NCBI GenBank assembly: GCA_035559535.1
Contig: DATMBG010000017.1
Coordinates: 1 to 64,000, forward strand
Origin: Candidatus Limnocylindrales bacterium
GTDB taxonomy: Bacteria > Moduliflexota > Moduliflexia > Moduliflexales > JAUQPW01
DNA: 64,000 nucleotides
Direction of reading: 5' to 3'
Both the position numbers and the translations under genes were made by a program. The notes under the pieces were generated by a model. It ran no database searches, was not told the origin of the DNA, and worked only from the letters and a program-made list of their open reading frames with translations. Of this stretch, positions 59,137-64,000 are shown in pieces (position 1 is the first letter of the stretch; each line of letters starts with the position of its first letter).

Positions 59137-60540
59137 TTAATCTTCAATATAATCGGCCAGTTCCCTCACCTCTGCCTGGGGTAGAAGCGTTCGCATTTCA
59201 AAGATAGAAATCATGGGGAGGAATCGAATAAATAGAAACAGCAGGGCAAGAAATAAGCCGATGGTTCCTATAAAGGTTACTACATCCCATACAGTGGGAT
59301 AGTACATGTCCCAGGATGAGGGGAGGAAATCTCGATGTAAACTTGTAATAACAATAACAAAGCGCTCCAACCACATCCCCGTATTGACGATAAGTGCAAT
59401 GATAAAGAGTCCCCACACACTTGTTCTCACCCGTTTAAACCAAAGTACCTGGGGTACGACTACATTGCATGCCATAAGGGCCCAATAAAATGGGGCATAG
59501 GGTCCATAGATCCGGTTGAGAATCAGATACTCTTCGTAACGGTTCCCACTGTACCACGCCATGAAAGTCTCCATCAGATATCCGTAAGCGACCATGAGTC
59601 CGGTGGCCAGGAGGATTTTCGCCATATTCTGGAGGTGCCGTAAGGTAATGAAATCTTCAAGTCCATAGACGGCCCGAAGGGGAATGGCCAGGGTTAGCAC
59701 CATAGCAAAACCGGAATAAATGGCCCCTGCGACAAAATAAGGGGGAAAAATCGTTGCATGCCAGCCTGGAAGGATGGATATGGAAAAGTCAAAACTGACA
59801 ACGGTATGAACCGAAACCACCAGAGGCGTGGCTAATCCGGCGAGTAAAAGATACGCAGTCTCGTAACGGTGCCAGTGTCTGGCAGAACCCCGCCAGCCCA
59901 TGGCCAAAACACCATAAATAATTTGACCCAGGCGGCTTTGCGCCCGGTCGCGTAGAGTGGCTAAGTCCGGGATTAATCCAACATACCAAAATAACAGCGA
60001 TACAGTAAAGTAAGTCAGGACGGCAAATACATCCCATACCAGGGGGCTTCGAAACTGGGGTTGAATCCCCATGGTGTTTGGATAGGGAAGTAGCCAATAG
60101 AAGAACCAGGGCCGTCCAAGATGAAGAAGCGGGAAGAGGCCTGCACAGGCCACTGCAAACAACGTCATCGCTTCAGCAAAGCGGTTGATAGAGGTCCGCC
60201 ATTCTTGCCTCAACAGTAATAAAATAGCCGATATCAAAGTTCCGGCATGACCGATTCCAATCCACCAGACAAAATTAACAATGGCAAAACCCCAGGCAAC
60301 GGGAATATTTATACCCCAGATTCCAACTCCCTTTATCAGGAGATAGCCGGTTGCGAACATCAGTAGCATAACGATCATAAACGATAGCCCGAAACCCACA
60401 TACCAACCCCAGGAAACTTTACGGGTTAATACAATGGAGCTGATTTTATCTGTGATGGATTCAAAGGTATATCCCGGCTGGATGACCGGAGGAGGCCCAA
60501 CAGATTCCCGTGTTTGTTTGTGCATGCGTTCCGCCTTCAT
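59137..60540 (-). CDS. actC: NrfD/PsrC-family membrane subunit, alternative complex III ActC-like
   Basis: [67 protein letters not shown]. Confidence 0.85.
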   Translation of the reverse strand: MKAERMHKQTRESVGPPPVIQPGYTFESITDKISSIVLTRKVSWGWYVGFGLSFMIVMLLMFATGYLLIKGVGIWGINIPVAWGFAIVNFVWWIGIGHAGTLISAILLLLRQEWRTSINRFAEAMTLFAVACAGLFPLLHLGRPWFFYWLLPYPNTMGIQPQFRSPLVWDVFAVLTYFTVSLLFWYVGLIPDLATLRDRAQSRLGQIIYGVLAMGWRGSARHWHRYETAYLLLAGLATPLVVSVHTVVSFDFSISILPGWHATIFPPYFVAGAIYSGFAMVLTLAIPLRAVYGLEDFITLRHLQNMAKILLATGLMVAYGYLMETFMAWYSGNRYEEYLILNRIYGPYAPFYWALMACNVVVPQVLWFKRVRTSVWGLFIIALIVNTGMWLERFVIVITSLHRDFLPSSWDMYYPTVWDVVTFIGTIGLFLALLFLFIRFLPMISIFEMRTLLPQAEVRELADYIED

Positions 60541-60704
60541 GATGGTCAGAGATGGATAATTAGTAAGCAGAAATTTTCTTTATCGACCTCTGATTCTGCC
60601 TTACTATTTATCCTTCAACAACTCCTGTAAAACCATTTCTGATTGAATAGGCCGCGTAAACCTCTCAGAGGAGTGACCGGCCCATCACTCCTCTTCTTGA
60701 ATAC

Positions 60705-61052
60705 TACCTTGTAAAGTTTAAACCTCAGCTCTACCCCCCCCCAGCCCCATACGCGCTAGGTTAAGCTGAAAAGTCCCGTCAGGGGCGAGCTGTCGGTAGC
60801 CCCCGACACAAGTCGGGGGATCCAGTCATTCAGAATTTTTTCAAGCTCCGGAGGAGCGGCCTGTGAAACAGGTCCCCCCATCGGGACTAACCTTCTTATC
60901 CTGGTGCATAGGCCCCAACCCCCTGTCCTGAAGCCTCGGAAGAGAGGGCGCTTAGGGGGTTGATTTAGAGATTTGCCGGCGCCCTTCTCCCACAAGGGGA
61001 GAGGGGCCGGAGGTGAGAGCAGAGAACTATATAGAATTAACTTCACAAGATA
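60705..61052. mobile_element. MITE-like element, family A, carrying a nested family B element
   Basis: Ends taccttgtaaagtt / aacttcacaagata; internal cccttctcccacaaggggagagggg hairpin. Confidence 0.65.
60749..60912. mobile_element. MITE/REPIN-like element, family B (long copy)
   Basis: Shares aggttaagctgaaaag, ttcagaatt..ttcaagct, aaacaggtc and cttatcctgg with the 51673 copy; flanks ccccagcccc / ccccaacccc. Confidence 0.72.
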
Positions 61053-61382
61053 CTCCATTACACTCCTTAAAAAACTATCCTGCTTCTTTTACTCTTCTGT
61101 CAAGGATTTATCCAAACTTGAAATATTATACTTCGGTTTTATTAAATTTTTAATATATTGTGAAAATCTATTCTCCTTGTAAGAAGAGGATAATTTCAAC
61201 TTTATGGTAATAAGACAACCCCCCAGGTTTTATCCATTTTGAGTTATTTTGGATCTTTAGAATTTAACTTCGGAGCAGTTTGTTAAGGGAACCCTAAGGA
61301 CTTAAGAAAAAAAGATTGAAAGAGAGAGATTCCACTCTTCATTTTATTCATATAAAGAAGTAAATAGATTTAATAAAGCTAA

Positions 61383-62504
<1,122 letters not shown>

Positions 62505-62649
62505 GGGATGGAGGATGCTTCTGCAGAGACAGGCGTTCCAACCACTTTCCAACAAAGGGAGAAATATAAAGAGCTTTATCGTCCTGGGATGTTACGGTTT
62601 ATTTTCTTAGAAGAACATCCGTTATTTACTCAGGTGGATAGAATTTATC

Positions 62650-63213
62650 ATGAAACGTTGTCCATGGGCTAAAACAGAATGGTATATAGCTTATCATGAT
62701 AAAGAGTGGGGTGTACCGGTGCATGATGACAGGATCTTATTTGAGTTTCTAATTTTAGAAGGTATGCAGGCTGGATTGAGTTGGGAAACTATCTTAAAAA
62801 AACGTGATACCTATGGTATGGCTTTTGACCGTTTCGATCCACGTATCATAGCCGGGTACGATATCCATAAAGTCAACGAACTTCTTGCCAATCCGGGTAT
62901 TGTTCGTAATCGGCTCAAGATCATGGCTGCCATTCAAAATGCTAAAGCATTCCTTGCCGTGCAGAGGGAGTTTAACAGCTTTGACGCCTATATTTGGCGA
63001 TTTGTAAACGGAAAGCCCAAACAGAATAGCTGGAAAACGCTCCAGGAGATTCCGGCCCGAACACCCGAATCTGAGGCATTAAGCAAAGATTTAATACGTC
63101 GTGGCTTCAAATTTGTCGGTTCAACCATCTGCTACGCTTTTATGCAAGCTGTGGGAATGGTCAATGATCACCTGGTAGATTGCTTTCGGTATACGGAAAT
63201 AGCGAGACTTTAA
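62650..63213 (+). CDS. tag: DNA-3-methyladenine glycosylase I
   Basis: RCPW, YHDKEWG, LEGMQAGLSW, RNRLKI, GMVNDHLVDC. Confidence 0.96.
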   Translation: MKRCPWAKTEWYIAYHDKEWGVPVHDDRILFEFLILEGMQAGLSWETILKKRDTYGMAFDRFDPRIIAGYDIHKVNELLANPGIVRNRLKIMAAIQNAKAFLAVQREFNSFDAYIWRFVNGKPKQNSWKTLQEIPARTPESEALSKDLIRRGFKFVGSTICYAFMQAVGMVNDHLVDCFRYTEIARL

Positions 63214-63315
63214 ATCCGGACAAATCTCAAATCGAGAAGACAGATACAGATTAACCTATATGATTTTTAAAATTCCTTTTAATTCCCTTTTAGTTATGGG
63301 ATCAGGAGGAGGCCT

Positions 63316-64000
63316 ATGATACTTGTAGATACCCATGCCCATATCTATTCTGAAGATACGACGCAGTATCCTCAAATTCCAGAACCCTATTTACCACCCC
63401 CCGGTCGAGGAACCCTTGAAGATTTAAGGAACGAGATGCGTACGAGTGGGGTGGATCGGGTGGTGGTTGTGCAAACCTTCACCGCTTATGGCCATGACAA
63501 TCGTTTGATTCTTGACACTGTACGGGATAACCGGTCCTGGATGACAGGGGTTGTGAACGTTGATCCCTTCGATGTTCACTCCCTGGATATTTTGGAACAG
63601 GCCCTTTCTGTGGGAGTACGGGGTAATAGGGTATCCCAGGGATGGCCCACAGACGGTTCGGTACTTGCCGGGCATCGCCGATTATGGGAAGCGGCCAGGC
63701 GATTGAAGATGGTGGTGTGTGCTTTACTTAATCCACCGAATCTTCGATCTCTGGCCAGTCTACTCAATGAATTCCCGGATGTACCGGTTGTGCTGGATCA
63801 TTGTGCAAACCTGAAAGCTTCTGACCACCCGCAGTCGGAATATCTACAAAAGGTTCTGGATTTAGCCCGATTCGAAAATTTGTATGCGAAGTTATCATTT
63901 GTCGTTATGGGATCGGAACAAGAGTTTCCTTGCCGGGATATGTTCGAGATGACACGACAGATCATCGATGCCTATACGCCGGAGCGGTGTATGTGGGGGA
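63316..64000 (+). CDS. Amidohydrolase_2-family protein (partial; absent from the ORF track)
   Basis: RBS AGGAGG; MILVDTHAHI...GVDRVVVVQ...YGHDN...PVVLDHCA...NLYAKLS; runs off the right edge. Confidence 0.85.
   Translation, partial: MILVDTHAHIYSEDTTQYPQIPEPYLPPPGRGTLEDLRNEMRTSGVDRVVVVQTFTAYGHDNRLILDTVRDNRSWMTGVVNVDPFDVHSLDILEQALSVGVRGNRVSQGWPTDGSVLAGHRRLWEAARRLKMVVCALLNPPNLRSLASLLNEFPDVPVVLDHCANLKASDHPQSEYLQKVLDLARFENLYAKLSFVVMGSEQEFPCRDMFEMTRQIIDAYTPERCMWG

Overview
Chromosomal window of a bacterium I cannot place taxonomically. It holds the 5' end of a 16S rRNA gene (minus strand) and housekeeping genes (csp, lexA, rpoA, hemC, hisB, glgC, lon, purB, coaE, arfB, add, tag), interleaved with signalling loci. 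I saw no CRISPR array, tRNA, transposase or prophage. Highlights: (1) a divergent ~120-nt 5S rRNA-like element in the leader of a stand-alone rpoA; (2) a class B PBP carrying FHA-like modules, clustered with a Ser/Thr kinase-TPR, PP2C, TPR and PEGA genes; (3) a YbjN-like/PspA operon with a His-less CheA fragment and a REC-GAF-PP2C phosphatase; (4) a cheR-HEAT-cheR-cheB cassette without cheA/cheW/MCP; (5) further apparent pseudo-enzymes (pseudokinase-cNMP-DUF4388; degenerate MshEN-PilB ATPase); (6) nested MITE/REP-like elements and 7/8-mer repeats, some in-frame inside conserved enzymes; (7) an orphan actC. All family calls come from motif recognition by eye; no database search was run.
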